A stretch of DNA of 64,000 bases. Origin: Paraphysomonas bandaiensis. Lineage: Eukaryota; Protista; Chrysophyceae. Made by a program: the position numbers and the translations under genes. Positions within the stretch are counted from its first letter, which is position 1. Each line of letters begins with the position of its first letter. Of this stretch, positions 13,878 to 27,023 are shown one piece after another. Under the pieces are notes generated by a model. It saw only the letters and a program-made list of their open reading frames with translations, ran no database searches and had not been told where the DNA came from. The stretch lies in NCBI GenBank assembly GCA_965644295.1, contig CBFFRP010000281.1, forward strand, positions 310,001 to 374,000, given 5' to 3'.

Positions 13878-14562
13878 CTAGAAAATAAGACCTTCTTCTG
13901 CTGTTTTTATTACCTGGCTGGTCTGCAAAAAATTTAAATCTGCAGGTTGGAGTGCTCTAGTGAATGCAGTTAGAGAATTAGTAAATTTCAGGACCACAAG
14001 GTTGAATATGATATCAACAATGCGGAGGGCGAAGAATGCAGGCTGCTTGAAGAAAAAGAACAGGCTAATTATGCCGACAACAACCTCCAGCGCAGTATAC
14101 ACCGCAAAAGTATACAACAGGCAATGACTCCACTTCTTGGCTCCAATATAGCCAGCCACTGGAAAAGGCAACACGCATAAGAACACGGGTACCAGTATTC
14201 CAAAGAGGAGCACAAATCCTATTTCTATAATGGTCAATATCCTACAGAATACAGGTTTGAGATATCGAACTGTACACAAATCGATATAATCTAACTCGAC
14301 ATCCATACCTGACTACTCTACTTGTCTTATACCCATCCAAAAGTATTTGTTCCCTTTCTGATAGCCCTGTATGATGCACTTGTGTGGTTATAGCTAATGG
14401 TGTACCGATAACCTCACTAATAGTGCTAGGTCTATTGGGTTGACGCACTTCAGTAGCCTGAGGAGTGTTGCTGTTGTCATTACTCTCAATATCAGTAGTT
14501 GGAATAACTTCTACATGAACAGGTTTAGCAACACTCTTGGTAACCTTTGCTTGAACAGGCAT
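13878..14562 (-). CDS. Uncharacterised multi-pass membrane protein (2 exons)
   Basis: ORF 14562->~14328 (polar N-terminus) splices to a hydrophobic ORF ending at 13878 with 3-4 TM helices. Confidence 0.6.
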
Positions 14563-15235
14563 ATATATGTATATATGTATATATATATGAGAGTGTGTGT
14601 GTTAGTGTCGGTATTCTATAGATGCAGAGATTGTATATGTTAGATATACAGTTAAATCATATCCTCACACTGTATAAACTTCAATGAACTTAAGATTTTA
14701 CCCTATAGATATATATATCAGTGGAATTGATTGTTATGTATGTGAGTATGTGTATGTCATTGTTGTATTGAATGTTTACCACTATGAATATTCGTATGCT
14801 ACATAGCTACGACTCCAGTAATATAGTACGACTGTGTACTGCTGTGTATGTATGTATGTATACGTGGATATGTATACTTCAACTATACGTACTATTGTAC
14901 TATAACATAACGACACTTGTTGTATACTGGTATACGTTCCCGTATACCTCTTTATCAAGTTATGAGAACGTTCCATTGGTATAATATACAGCAGCATATA
15001 CATGTACACTACATACATATGCAGATATCTACCGGTCAATGTATACGGTATACACTCTCCAAAGCGATCAACTGCTATAGTAGATGTATGTACAGATAGT
15101 AGCAGTATGTATGTATACCTCCATCTACACTGCTGATTGCACATACTTAACCTGATCCACTATAAGCTCTATGTATCTTCCCATAACAATCTATACATCC
15201 CTAATAACAAACATATATTGAATTATAACAGAAAT

Positions 15236-16246
15236 ATGAACTTTTTTGGTATTAAAAAAGTTGATCCTATTGATCAAGCAAAAGAATGGAAGCGTCATCT
15301 TGCAAGAGAATGTAGAAAACTTGATCGAGATATAGCAGCTTTAGAAAGAGCTGAGAAAAAAGCTATGAAAGAATGTAAAGATTATGCTAAGAAGGTAATA
15401 GTTTATATATGTGATCATATATATGATTATATATTCAGGGGGAATTACGTGCTGCAAGAACTTTGGCTAAAGAAATCGTATGTAGATACTGTTTCACTAT
15501 CCTTATAATATATATACATATATAGGCTAATACAAGGAAAGCATGTGACCGTATTCGGTTAGCTAAAGTGAAAATAAATTCTGTTTCTATGGCTCTACAA
15601 CAGTCTATTGGTATTAAACTGTTACATTGGTAGTGTGGTCTAACGCGCAATTGTAATGTAGCTATGATAAAAGTAGGAGGATGTATTCAAAAAAGTATGG
15701 GGGTTATGCAATCGATGAACGAGTATGTGTTTTTGCGACGAATAAATATTTGTTTTTATTTTGATCTAGAATGGTGAAACTTCCAGAGCTTAGAGATACT
15801 ATGACGACTCTGGCACGAGAGATGGCGCGGGTACAGTTCCATGTTTCTAAGTATATTATGGTTTCAACAGTATTTTATTGCAGGCAGGAATAATTGAGGA
15901 AACATTGGATGATTCATTTGCAACAATGGAGGTGCTTATTTTTTTCTTGTTCATTTCGTTGTAATATATATGGAATACAGCCGGAGGACTTGGATGACGC
16001 TGCTGATGCTGAAGTAGATCGCGTGATAGAAGAGATAACAGCTGGAGTGCTTGAGCCGGCTGGTAACGCTCCTTCGACGAACGTTGTTGTGGACTCGAAA
16101 CCCTCTACTGCGGTATTTTTCAAAGTACTTTTAACGTCGATGCCATGTGTTTATGTGTTTTATAGGATGTAGAGGAAACTGCTGTACCTGATGCCATAGA
16201 CGACGAGGAACTTCAAAACATGCGCAGTAGGATCCAGGCGTTATAG
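15236..16246 (+). CDS. VPS24: ESCRT-III subunit VPS24/CHMP3 (Snf7 family), multi-exon
   Basis: MNFFGIKKVDPIDQAKEWKRHLARECRKLDRDI..., RAARTLAKEI, VKLPELRDTMTTLAREMAR-AGIIEE, DAEVDRVIEEIT, C-terminal MRSRIQAL*. Confidence 0.9.
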
Positions 16247-16787
16247 ATACGACTACTTATGAAATATTCTGTTGGTTCTTTCACTGGATTGTCAGTGTTT
16301 ACCGTGATAATTTTTCTACTGTAGTTTCCATTCTTGTATATATCTCCTACGTAGTGTACTTCCTATTCAAATTCTAACAGCCTATTCCATGTACCATTCC
16401 TTATAATGATAATTTACTTGGATGAAAAGGGTATAATAAGTATGTATCTTTACTGCTCCGGTTATGTGCGGTTGAACTATAATTTACTTTGTACTAGTGA
16501 TGTGCAATGTATTCGTCAGGAACGATATGCTGATCGATATTGAAAAAAACAATCCACAATATTGTAAAGCAGGCAGCTCACAGCATATTGAAATAAATTA
16601 TAAGATAAAAGTAAGATGTATTATAGCTATCTAGTCAATCACACCTATGGGGATTTCTATTTCTTAAAATGATCACCGAAAAATATAGAACTTCACATGT
16701 TATTCATATTCCGACTTACGTCTTACTGCGCTGTAGTCATATGAATTTTATCCTAACATCGTATCATATATATCTACACGCCATAAA

Positions 16788-18356
16788 CTAGCTGCACACA
16801 TCAGCACTCGATACATCTGTCTTTGTTGCCAATTTCTCCGCAGCTTCTCGCTCTTGCACCGCTTTCATCTTTTTCGCAGCCATGACAAACATACGCGCCA
16901 TTGCCGGATTTTTGGCAATATCTTTCGCCGAGAACCCTCCTAAAGTGAGAGATACGTATGAGGCGGAGAAAAGCAAATGGGATGCCATGTACCTTTCCTG
17001 GCTGGCCGTGGAGAAGTATTGGCCGAATCAGTGGCTTCAACCTCCGGCGCCTTGGAGTTCTCAACGTCTCCTCCTTCATGTGTCCCAATTTTCGACATCA
17101 TTTGGTACAACTTCACGGTTCTGTTAAATGCATCAGAATGCTCTGGGGCTCGTATACAACATTCTCCAACGGCATCTGAAAAGAAATTGAAACCAAGAAT
17201 CACCCTTCGCTTTCCAAGCGGCATGGAGCGGACTCGAGATGAGAAGTGTGGAAGGTCTCCATCATGTATGATTCCTCTATTGCGGCGATATCGTACTTTT
17301 ACCCAATCTCCAGTGGACTCCATATCTTTTTCAAGCTCCGTCAGCGGAGCCAATTGTCCTGTGAATGAATTAGAGCGACTACCATGTGACTACATCATCC
17401 AGTGTTACATGGGTGGCAGAATATATCACAAAACTAAATCAAAGACTGACAACTATACACTACAAATTACTGTAGCTGTAACCCATGAGTTGTACCTTTA
17501 TATCCAAAACGCTTGTAGTGATCCAGTCCATTCAAATTCGCGGAGAAGTCCCCTCCAAGCATTTCGTCACCGACAAGTGGGCTCACATGACATGTACCCG
17601 CGTAGAGAGGAGGATGGATAATATTAGTCTCATACCTGGTACATATGTTGCCGTAAGATATATAACACTTTACAACTATCTAGAATGCAGCAGCAGCGTA
17701 CAGTAAAAACATCAGTGCACCACCATATACAACAACCACGAGTTGCAGTATCCACCTACCGATATAGCTCTGCATAATCAATGTGATATTCCACTGAATT
17801 CGTCTCACCAGAGGAAAGGCACCACACAGCACATCCTGGACACTATAATTATAATCACGATACACTTATCAAACCACACACCATGTATTCTTGTCTTGTC
17901 TTCGGCAAGAAAATAGCAGCCCTTGTGTTGAAAGAATGCTCGGACAGCTTGCAGAGATATCGCCTTTTCAGGATCTTGTGTGTATAAATCTTCCGTCGAT
18001 ATATCAGGATTCAATACATCGCTTGTAGTGACATAAGCACCTAAAGCATCAATATGATTATGAATTCCAGTTTAATGAGTGGTTACCCCAGGGACGCCCT
18101 TTCTGTAATGCATATTGGTATATATCCTCACACCATGAATCACTCAGTAATCCATCAATCACATTTAGAAATCCACTTGCAGCTTTTTCTCTATTGATTG
18201 CCATCTATGGGACATATTAGAGGTATGAGACGGGACATACGACACACTGCATAACTACTAGCTAACCTTTGTATTTGTAGTCGCTCCAACCTTTGCTGAG
18301 CCAGGATTATGTCCATCATCCCAAGGGATAACATCAAATTGCTCTGTAGAAGCCAT
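16788..18356 (-). CDS. 2OG-Fe(II) oxygenase-like protein, multi-exon
   Basis: Spliced product contains VEYHIDYAE (HxD), GGDF, and NRGIIHDGDLPH followed by KRRVILGFN (distal His and Arg of the DSBH fold). Confidence 0.6.
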
Positions 18357-18872
18357 ATTTTAATAAATGAGTTGATAGTAATTGCAATTCAAGAGATGCC
18401 TTGTGCTTGAGGTGATATACATACAGCATACAGCAGTATGTATATAGGCAGATACTGTAGGGTCACACTTTCGAACACTAGAAATAGAGGATTTATAGTT
18501 TATAAAGACGATCTAGATAATGGAAATACCATAAAAACAGGAGAGTATAAAAATGACCACCAATATTTCAGGGAATTGGCATATCAAAAGTAATGGTTTT
18601 CTATGTTTCCCCCCTAAAACTTGGAAATTTAGACAATTGGTTGTATATGATCATAGTGCAGGAGTTGTGATCATCCCTCGTCTACACTATAAAACTATTC
18701 GTTAAATCATACATTTCACTTACCTCCCTCTATATATAACACTACTCATAAGTAGGCCATGTATATTGTAAATGACTCATCCAAGTATCAATTCATGTAG
18801 AATTGATCTCTCTTTACCATTTCTTTGTATAGCATAATCCATATACAGTATCTACAGTATATATATACAGAG

Positions 18873-20143
18873 ATGATAGTTGATCTTGTTGATAGCGACG
18901 AATCCGACAATACAGAATCATACAACAGTCATGTGGACAATAAAATCCCTGTGAATAATCAAGTAATTAAAGAAATTGGTACGAAGAGACCAAGAGAAGT
19001 ATGTAATAATGAGTTAAGAATGGCTCGATTAGCAGATAAAGAGAGATCATTACAGCGTACTGGTTATTACAAAACAAAAGAATTAAGTTTAGTTGTTGGA
19101 GAAGATGTTAGAGCGTCTAATTTTGGTGGGGCACTTGCTTCAGTTATGCTTTTTCAGTCAGAAGTTAAAAACTTTGGTTTTTTTGAGGCGAAATCGTCAA
19201 CACCTGGATTGTGCAGATGGACTTATCGTAACTACTTAGATGGTGGGAATGGCTCTGTTGGAGAGGTTGGGGTAACTGTATTACCACTTGTAGTGATACT
19301 TTTCCCGCCTGAGCGATTCATAGACCTGGTTCTCATGAGTGATGATGGGGTCAATTTCACTGAACTTTCTTCGGAGGTGAGAAAGATCAAATCACGACTG
19401 GTTAGTTGCGAGTCCTGTCCTGAAAATACGAAGGTCATAATAGGGCTAGTGGATATTAGTCAAGAGAGCGTGAAGTACTTACAGGTATGAATGATGGTGG
19501 CTGCACTCTTACTAACATAAATGTAGAGAGATGGTGGGCGCTGCAAGCGAGACCGCGCAGAAAGTATTTCGAACCGCATCGATGCGGCTATCGCTCATCT
19601 GCTTTACGAAGAGAATGTTGACGTGTCTAATAGAGCCAAGGAGGCAGAGATGTGCAACTACCTAGAATCTCTCACGAGAGTTCTCGGAGAGCAGTTATAC
19701 AGTGAAGAGAAGTCTGCAGCGGACACTTTTAGAAGGTTCGTTCAAATCACGCTGTGCTCTATGGATGGTTATAACCAGTTGGTTGCAGGATACCAATACG
19801 CTATGATGCAGACCATCTTACAGATGAGCTTAAAGCTTATATTGATGTAAGTGCATTTATACATAACTTTGGTGTGGCCTCCTCATTGTTCGCACAGCTA
19901 CGGGACACATGGATACATATGCTGCAAATGGTTCCTGGTATATCAAAGAACAGAGCAGAGTGTCTAGCAAGTCACTACCCAACCCCTCAGTCTCTAATTG
20001 ATGCATTAAACGATGATACCGTGCCGTTGGCTGTAAGAAAGACGATGTTGCAGAATAAGTTGGATAAATCCAAGAATTTTCCAAAGCTAGCTCGTGACCT
20101 GTTTGTCATATTCACCGCCACAGATCCTACAACTCCTTTGTGA
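18873..20143 (+). CDS. EME1: EME1/MUS81-family crossover junction endonuclease subunit (ERCC4-like + HhH), multi-exon
   Basis: C-terminal DTWIHMLQMVPGISKNRAECLASHYPTPQSLIDAL...KLARDLFVIFTATDP is typical of the EME1 (HhH)2 region; no ERKxxxD catalytic motif seen. Confidence 0.7.
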
Positions 20144-20731
20144 TATTGGCGTTCGAGTGCTGTAAATATTGTAATTGTTTGTAGGAAATGCATTTCAATC
20201 TGAGCGGAGTTCGTGATGTCATGCAGCGAAATACTTTATACTTGTATCATATTAAATTTTAACTAAAGAATTTGATGTAACAGTTATTTCATCAGACTAT
20301 ATAATTACTGCTATAGAGTACTTGGGATATTGATGTTAGACAAAACGATTATGTCGGTTAGCTACTTCTGTGCCATAGCATGATCTGGTGATTTTGAGTT
20401 AAGTTGTTCAATATCAATGAAGGTATAGGAATAAATTATAAGTTGAATCATACATATCAAAGTTATCTTAAACAAGTTTTACATTTAAACAAAAAAACAA
20501 GGTTTGAAATAGTGGTTAGTGTAATTATGACTGCTTGTTGTAATTTTGATCCACACTGTCAGTCAGTACAATAATTGAATAAATATATATATCATAAGTT
20601 CTAGATTCTAGACACCTTGCTGTTTTACCATTCAAGAAAATATAAGTATATCACGTCATAGAAGTAAGTTAATTTAACATAAAATATACCACACACAACA
20701 TATCATATATTTATAGCGACGGCACTTAACA

Positions 20732-22093
20732 TTAAGCTTTCTGTTCATCAATCGGATCGTAAACTACTGCTATCGTACATCTCCATTTACAGCACCATAG
20801 ACATGATAAGCAATTTTTACTCTTAGTATCTACAACCTCACTCTTCTCTTCCACCCCATCATCTCGCACATTTTCGTCTCTATCATCTTTATTGTCTGAT
20901 TTTTGGGAATCAGATACCTGTGAATGAATAGGAGATATAACTGTCGAATCGTTATGTATGGCAGCAGAAGTAGAACTCTTGGTCATACTCTGATACGATC
21001 GAGATGGTGAGGGCGAAAAATCTTTATTCACAGAACTTAAACTCCCTGGAGTGTCTGGTGCAGGAGCTCGAAATAGTCTTGTCGATTCGTGGCCAACAAG
21101 AGCCCTGTGTTGCGCCACTTCAATTTCCTCAATATCCCGCTGGAGTTCCTCTGTTTCAGTTTGAATGGCACTGAGAATATCACTTTCCGCGGATAGCCCT
21201 CGTGATCTTTCTGGGGAACGTGGACTAGAGGCACTCACCAATGAGTCGGTGACAGATATACCTGATACCACTGTAGAGTCGTCTCTATCCGGTGTACATA
21301 CATAGGTGTCTCCGGGAGCGTCATTAGGGGTATGGGCAGGGCTACCATGAATTCTTGGTGATACACTTGTTCCAGATTGAACAACAGTACTCCGACGGCG
21401 AAATAGAATATTTTCTCCGTTCAAAAATAGCCATGTTTTAAACTCACGAGCTGATACAACTCCATCGCCATTACTATCTATTGTAGCAAGAATGGTATCT
21501 ACATGAGACATTGGAATTTCTATTCCTAGGTCACAGAGGACTAAACGTGGTAATGATTTTCGGAGTGTGCGCGTACTAATCATGGAGCCACGTACTAACG
21601 GAACACTTACCTTCTTCGAGAAAGCTTCCAACAAATACAAGTCATCCCCGGAAGATTTAGCGGATCGGGAAACGAGCTTTCGTCCTACAGAATCTATTAT
21701 GGCTTGGCGAACAATCTGGGAGACAGATTCTGCATCTTGGAAATCATTCGTACTTGGCCATAAAAACTCACAAAGATCAGCATAACATATATTTCCTGTG
21801 TGGTCAATGTCTACTTGTTGCAGTAATAGGGAAATGAACTTCACTGTGCTGACTTTAACCTCCTCTTCTTGTATGAATGGCGACAAGTTGAGAGAGGTAA
21901 GAAATTTCTTTAATTCAATAGTAGTAATAATAGCGTTATCATCTGATGTATTGGGGAATATTGATCGCAGATATTCTCTATGATTTCCTGTCATGCTATC
22001 TCGTCTTGCCAGTAGAGCTCTTCGAAAGATCCGAGCAAAGACCGAGTGTGATCTACTATCTGATGAATGCAGTGGTGATTTAGATTTCGACAT
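20732..22093 (-). CDS. EF-hand calcium-binding protein with Ser-rich tail
   Basis: EF loops DIDHTGNICYADL and DSNGDGVVSAREF; single exon; probable start MSKSK at 22093. Confidence 0.75.
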   Translation of the reverse strand: MSKSKSPLHSSDSRSHSVFARIFRRALLARRDSMTGNHREYLRSIFPNTSDDNAIITTIELKKFLTSLNLSPFIQEEEVKVSTVKFISLLLQQVDIDHTGNICYADLCEFLWPSTNDFQDAESVSQIVRQAIIDSVGRKLVSRSAKSSGDDLYLLEAFSKKVSVPLVRGSMISTRTLRKSLPRLVLCDLGIEIPMSHVDTILATIDSNGDGVVSAREFKTWLFLNGENILFRRRSTVVQSGTSVSPRIHGSPAHTPNDAPGDTYVCTPDRDDSTVVSGISVTDSLVSASSPRSPERSRGLSAESDILSAIQTETEELQRDIEEIEVAQHRALVGHESTRLFRAPAPDTPGSLSSVNKDFSPSPSRSYQSMTKSSTSAAIHNDSTVISPIHSQVSDSQKSDNKDDRDENVRDDGVEEKSEVVDTKSKNCLSCLWCCKWRCTIAVVYDPIDEQKA

Positions 22094-22609
22094 GTTCAGA
22101 TTTCTATGATCTGATACTGTCACAATATAGTATTTGATATATGGAACAATATATCCATGACATATGCAACCATATTTATGTGGTGATAGTATGATATGGC
22201 AGTTGACAGACATTGTATGGATATACAGTATATGCACTGCAGTATGGTGTACATATGATATATACTACTCGTATAAATTAGTGTCCGCAAATTTATGATC
22301 GTGACCTATAAAATCCTGAAATTGATGAAAAAAGATCAACTTATAGCTTAAACCACAATTTTTTTAATCTTTCAAGCACTTTTAGACAAAAAATTCCATT
22401 TTGATGCAGCTATTTTTTACAACCATCTAAAATATAGTGTTGTGTATACCATATATATACATACCTACCTACCTATACACACCAGAGGACACATGCGCAC
22501 AGTAGATAGACATGGTGCGTTATATATACTCCATCCTGTTAGAGTAGTGTCTCCTTATTGCTTCTTTCATCAATTCATATTCACTTCATAATATTTTAAT
22601 ATAGCAATA

Positions 22610-23266
22610 ATGGCATCTGATGATATCAAATTTGTCGATTACGAGAATGAAAAGCATTTAACTGAAATCCAGAGTTTGGTATCTGCGGATTTATCGGAGC
22701 CCTATTCGATTTTTACTTATAGATTTTTTCTTCATAACTGGCCCAAGCTTTGTGTATGTGCATTCTCTACAGGTGAAAACGAGAAAATGATTGGTACTAT
22801 AGTTTGCAAGGCTGAAGTGGAACAGGGTGTCCTGAAGGGATACATTGCTATGCTCACTGTCAACAACCAATATAGGAAAAAGGGGATAGGGTCTCAGCTT
22901 GCAGTAATTGGTATGAAACGTATGATTGAAGCAGGGTGCAAAGAGATTGTTCTGGAGACTGAAGTATCGAATGTCGGCGCGATATCCTTATACGAGAAAA
23001 TGGGTTTTATTAAAGAGGAGCGTCTAGCTAGGTATATCAAATCAGTGATATCACTATGTGACCATTGTAATGAATGTAATATTGGCAGATATTATCTTAA
23101 CGGTGGGGATGCATTTCGTCTAAGATTATGGGTGGAGCAAAGTGATGAGGTTAGAGATGCAGTGTCATCTGATAATATCACACTTGAGGAAAAGGTTGAA
23201 GATACAACCACCTCTATGAGCAATATGTCGGTTAGCAGTGAGGCAGCAAAAGAAACCACCTCATAA
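22610..23266 (+). CDS. NAA30: N-alpha-acetyltransferase 30 (NatC catalytic subunit, MAK3)
   Basis: DLSEPYSIFTYRFFLHNWP, GYIAMLTV...YRKKGIG, EIVLETEVSN.GAISLYEKMGF, RYYLNGGDAFRL; 57-nt intron at 23032-23088. Confidence 0.95.
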   Translation: MASDDIKFVDYENEKHLTEIQSLVSADLSEPYSIFTYRFFLHNWPKLCVCAFSTGENEKMIGTIVCKAEVEQGVLKGYIAMLTVNNQYRKKGIGSQLAVIGMKRMIEAGCKEIVLETEVSNVGAISLYEKMGFIKEERLARYIKSVISLCDHCNECNIGRYYLNGGDAFRLRLWVEQSDEVRDAVSSDNITLEEKVEDTTTSMSNMSVSSEAAKETTS

Positions 23267-23368
23267 TATATTATTGTTTCTCTACCCAAGAAAATATCTT
23301 TACACATTCGTTCTAATCTGCTACGAAATAGGTATTATATCATTTTTAGCTCCATCCCTCATGTAGAT

Positions 23369-23784
23369 CAGGGCTGCGTATCAATTAGGTGTCAATTAAT
23401 TGCCGCAGGTTGTAGTCAATTATACTTGCAATTATTAATTGCTGTCTCAATTGCAATTATTTAATACCAAAATACATTAGCTGCCCATATAGTTACCTCA
23501 ACTGTCATTTCTTTCCAGAGCCGACGGTTCATGCGTAAAAACATAAGCAATACTCTTGCACATATCAGTCATAACAATCTTAGCCGTATTGATTGCATCA
23601 TGTAAGTACGTGCTCGCTTCCGCTGTCTACTACCATCAATCAAATGTTGCACTGCGCCGTCTTTCTGAGCTAGACTCTCAGTGTCATCATCATCTGCATT
23701 CTCATTGAACAAAAATATTCCATTAGGTTTAGGGTTAGAATATGCAATATGCAGCCGCGATGTAGATTATGGTATGCAGCCCTG
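23369..23784. mobile_element. hAT-type MITE, 416 bp
   Basis: TIRs cagggctgcgtatc / ggtatgcagccctg; perfect 8-bp TSD ATGTAGAT at 23361-23368 and 23785-23792; non-coding. Confidence 0.85.
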
Positions 23785-24290
23785 ATGTAGATTATGCTGT
23801 CAAGATGAGTAAGAGCAATACATCAAAATCTAGCTAGGAACACAGAACAACAGAAATACTTCTCAGGAGTATTTTTCGTGTAGGTATGAGAAGGATGATG
23901 AAAATCATTAATATCTTTGAGATAGCATAGATGAAGAATCACCGAATACAAGAACTTTCGATGAGCGACATCAGTAACGTTCGAATACTATATGAATGAC
24001 TTCTACCCCGGTCTATGTGACAAAAGAACTCAAAGCGGTCGCACAAGTTGATATAGTGTTACAAGTATTAAGTATTAAGGGCATTGTTATAAGGACATAT
24101 TTAATATGCGCACAACGCAAAAACCATTCTCAATTTAATACCTGACTTACTAAAAAACGTGTAGCAAATAAATAGTAATTGATAGTATCAAAACATAAAT
24201 AAATTTACCCAAACCCACTAAAAGTAACCGCATATGGGAGTTGGTGTACATCAACTTGAAAACAGATAATTAAGTATAATGCCACATATT

Positions 24291-24923
24291 TCACTTTTCT
24301 AGTTCCATGCGGCATGATGGACAAGTTCGGTTGGATTCGAACCACGGTAAGATACAGTCTTTGTGATAAACATGTCTGCAAGGGAGGGCGCATACTGAGG
24401 AATCTGACTGAAAGCGATCGCGGCAAATTGAGCAATCTTTCAAAAGCTCCGGCCGTGTCGGACGACGATAGTGTAATTGTGCAATTCTCTTCGCCGAAAG
24501 GCCACGCTTGACAACTTGTTCATCCAAGGCCAAAAGTTCCTCGTAGTTATTTCCCTGTGAACTGTCACCGCCATACTGACGTGGAGTGGGATGGGTGGCA
24601 TATGGGTTTACGTAATCCTGACCAGGGGGAAATAACATATAATCTGACGGGTCAAATGAAGCATTTGAAAGAATATTTCTATCTCTCGTAGCTCTCGTGC
24701 TTTCAAAACGGTTATTCCTTTCCCGTCTAGGTCTCGCTCCTCCTACATGACGTGTATCTTGTATACGTTGACTATTACCAGAATTTCTTGTAATATTTGG
24801 GAAGTCTGTAATATATTGTGGTGTATTCGTTTGTACTCTGGGAGCCCATGATGAAGCATAATTATTGATTTGATCAAATGACATAGCAGCAACATCACTC
24901 ATTGATCTCCTAGCAGATAACAT
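24291..24923 (-). CDS. RING-H2 E3 ubiquitin ligase
   Basis: NYEELLALDE..VKRGL followed by CSICRDRF...LPCRHVYHKDCILPWF...RTCPSCR. Confidence 0.9.
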   Translation of the reverse strand: MLSARRSMSDVAAMSFDQINNYASSWAPRVQTNTPQYITDFPNITRNSGNSQRIQDTRHVGGARPRRERNNRFESTRATRDRNILSNASFDPSDYMLFPPGQDYVNPYATHPTPRQYGGDSSQGNNYEELLALDEQVVKRGLSAKRIAQLHYRRPTRPELLKDCSICRDRFQSDSSVCALPCRHVYHKDCILPWFESNRTCPSCRMELEK

Positions 24924-25431
24924 GATTTCAATTATATTACTGATGTATTATATAATAGAATTCAGGTATTGATCGAGTATGTATCTTGATGAGTGCAGTT
25001 TCTGTACAGAGAATTAGGAACAATATTCTTATATATGAATATGTGTGTAAACAAGATCTACAGTACGCTGTGTGTAGTATGATATCGCTCATACATATAT
25101 ATTATATAGCTATATGTATGTCCATACCAACTAATGGGGAAGAGTTGGTTGTATTGAATATTTTTGTCCACATATCTGTATATATCTGTGTAGGAATTCC
25201 TACGACACTGAGCTTCTATACTTGAAGCAACTGTGTGGTTCTGGAATTTTTACAGAATATCTCATCTAGTTGTACATCACGAGCAGCAGACTCTCCACTT
25301 TTTCACCTAATTTTGGTGATAATGTCCACATATGTAAGAAGTATTCTTGGAGATGGAAGTTATTCATCATATAGATCCATTCCATTAATATACAGACATC
25401 TCAACATCTTAATTCATTTTATATTAATACA

Positions 25432-27023
25432 ATGGGAGGTAGTGTTAGTGTAACAAGTAATGAAAAGAAATCTTATCGGAATGTATCCAAGAAAGATTTT
25501 GTATTTCATCAATCTTTATTTAAAGGAAAATTTGGAGAAGTGTTTCTAGCATCTCACAGAAAGACTAAGCAGCTATATGCAGCTAAAGAGATTGATTTAG
25601 TTCGTGTTGTTGATAAACTGAATGCAAAGAACTTAACAAATGAATTTGTTGCTCTCAGGAGGCTCAACAAACATCCATTTATTACTACACTTGCATTCGC
25701 ATTCCGTAGTGGTGATGTTTGTTACATGATAGTTGATCTGCTCAAGGGACGCTCATTGCGGTATTTTATTCAAAATGAGCGTAATTTCTCTGAAGGAGCC
25801 GTAGCATTTATCGTTGCATGCTTGAGTTCTGCGCTTTTTTACATTCACAGCAAAGGCATCATTCACCGTACGTATCATTATGCATACTCGTATAGCTCTA
25901 AGCTTTGTGTTTAGGTGACATTAAGCCGGAAACAATTATACTTGAGAATTCTGGATACCCATATATTGGTGGTTTTGTTGTCTCTCATGTGGAATCCGAC
26001 CATGAATTTCGTTTACGTGAACGATCAGCCAAACGCGAATTTCACAAAATCCTAACCTGCCCTTTGCCACCTAATCCAGGACCGTACAATGCTCCAGAAA
26101 TGTATTATAGCTCTCATCATCATGGAATCGCGGCAGATTACTGGAGTCTTGGTGTGGTTGCGTATGAGCTCATGTATCACAACCGTCCTTTTCCTGATAA
26201 AGAACTTCCGAAGGTATACATCGATCGGCTTGAGCAACATCTATTGGTTGCCGATATTCAATTTATCAAGGCCAGCATGCTTCCTCCTTTAAGACACGCC
26301 CACACTGATAACTCTGTGGAGGACTTGTTTAGCGATGCCGGGGTGCAATACGTGGTGGACGCCAATGGTGCTATCGTGAAACAGCAACGGCGCACTGTAA
26401 ATGTCGAAGAGGAAGAGAAAATGTCAGATGTTGATGACCAAGCGCCCCCCACTCCGACCGAAGATGTTGTAAAAGAAGAAACCCCGGAAAATCACCTAGC
26501 TGCTCTTGTTGACAAGTACAGAGACCTACCTGAGTCAATGCGAATGAATGTTCCACCTGTATTGGCGAACGGCGATTCACTCTCCGCCAATGGGAAGGAT
26601 GTATTACAAGGCCTATTAGATGTTCGCCCATGGTATAGGCTGGGTGGTAATAAATTGCTTCTGGAACACCCGTGGTTTAGAGATCACAATATCCCATCTA
26701 AGCGTCTGCTACTAAAGAAAGAAGCTTTACCGCCGTTCATACCTGCTGATGAAGATACTGCCACTTTTGAGGTGGCCCAGCGGGAGGCAATTGATTCTGC
26801 TTCTGAAGCGGATAATTTGAAGAAAAAGAAGAGGTTATTCAAGAACAAGAAAGTAGTCCGTCTTCAGCGCCAGATTGGGGACTTCCACTACGTATATCCT
26901 CAGCACAGACAGTTGATGCAGCAGGTTGAGCAAAGCCGGAAATTGCAAGAGATGAACCATATACCATCTGCGAAGTCTCAGAAGGTGATTCCAAGGAGAC
27001 AAAGTTCTTCTCTTCAAGCATAA
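25432..27023 (+). CDS. AGC-group kinase-like protein, probable pseudokinase (2 exons)
   Basis: KGKFGEV, YAAKEI, HPFI, GIIHR|DIKPET, YNAPEM, DYWSLGVVAYELM, HPWF, PPFIP; DFG position reads GFV; N-terminus MGGSVS. Confidence 0.85.

Noticed and set aside
23721-23737. Telomere-like ttaggtttagggttag
   Set aside because: Only 2-3 imperfect units, inside a MITE.
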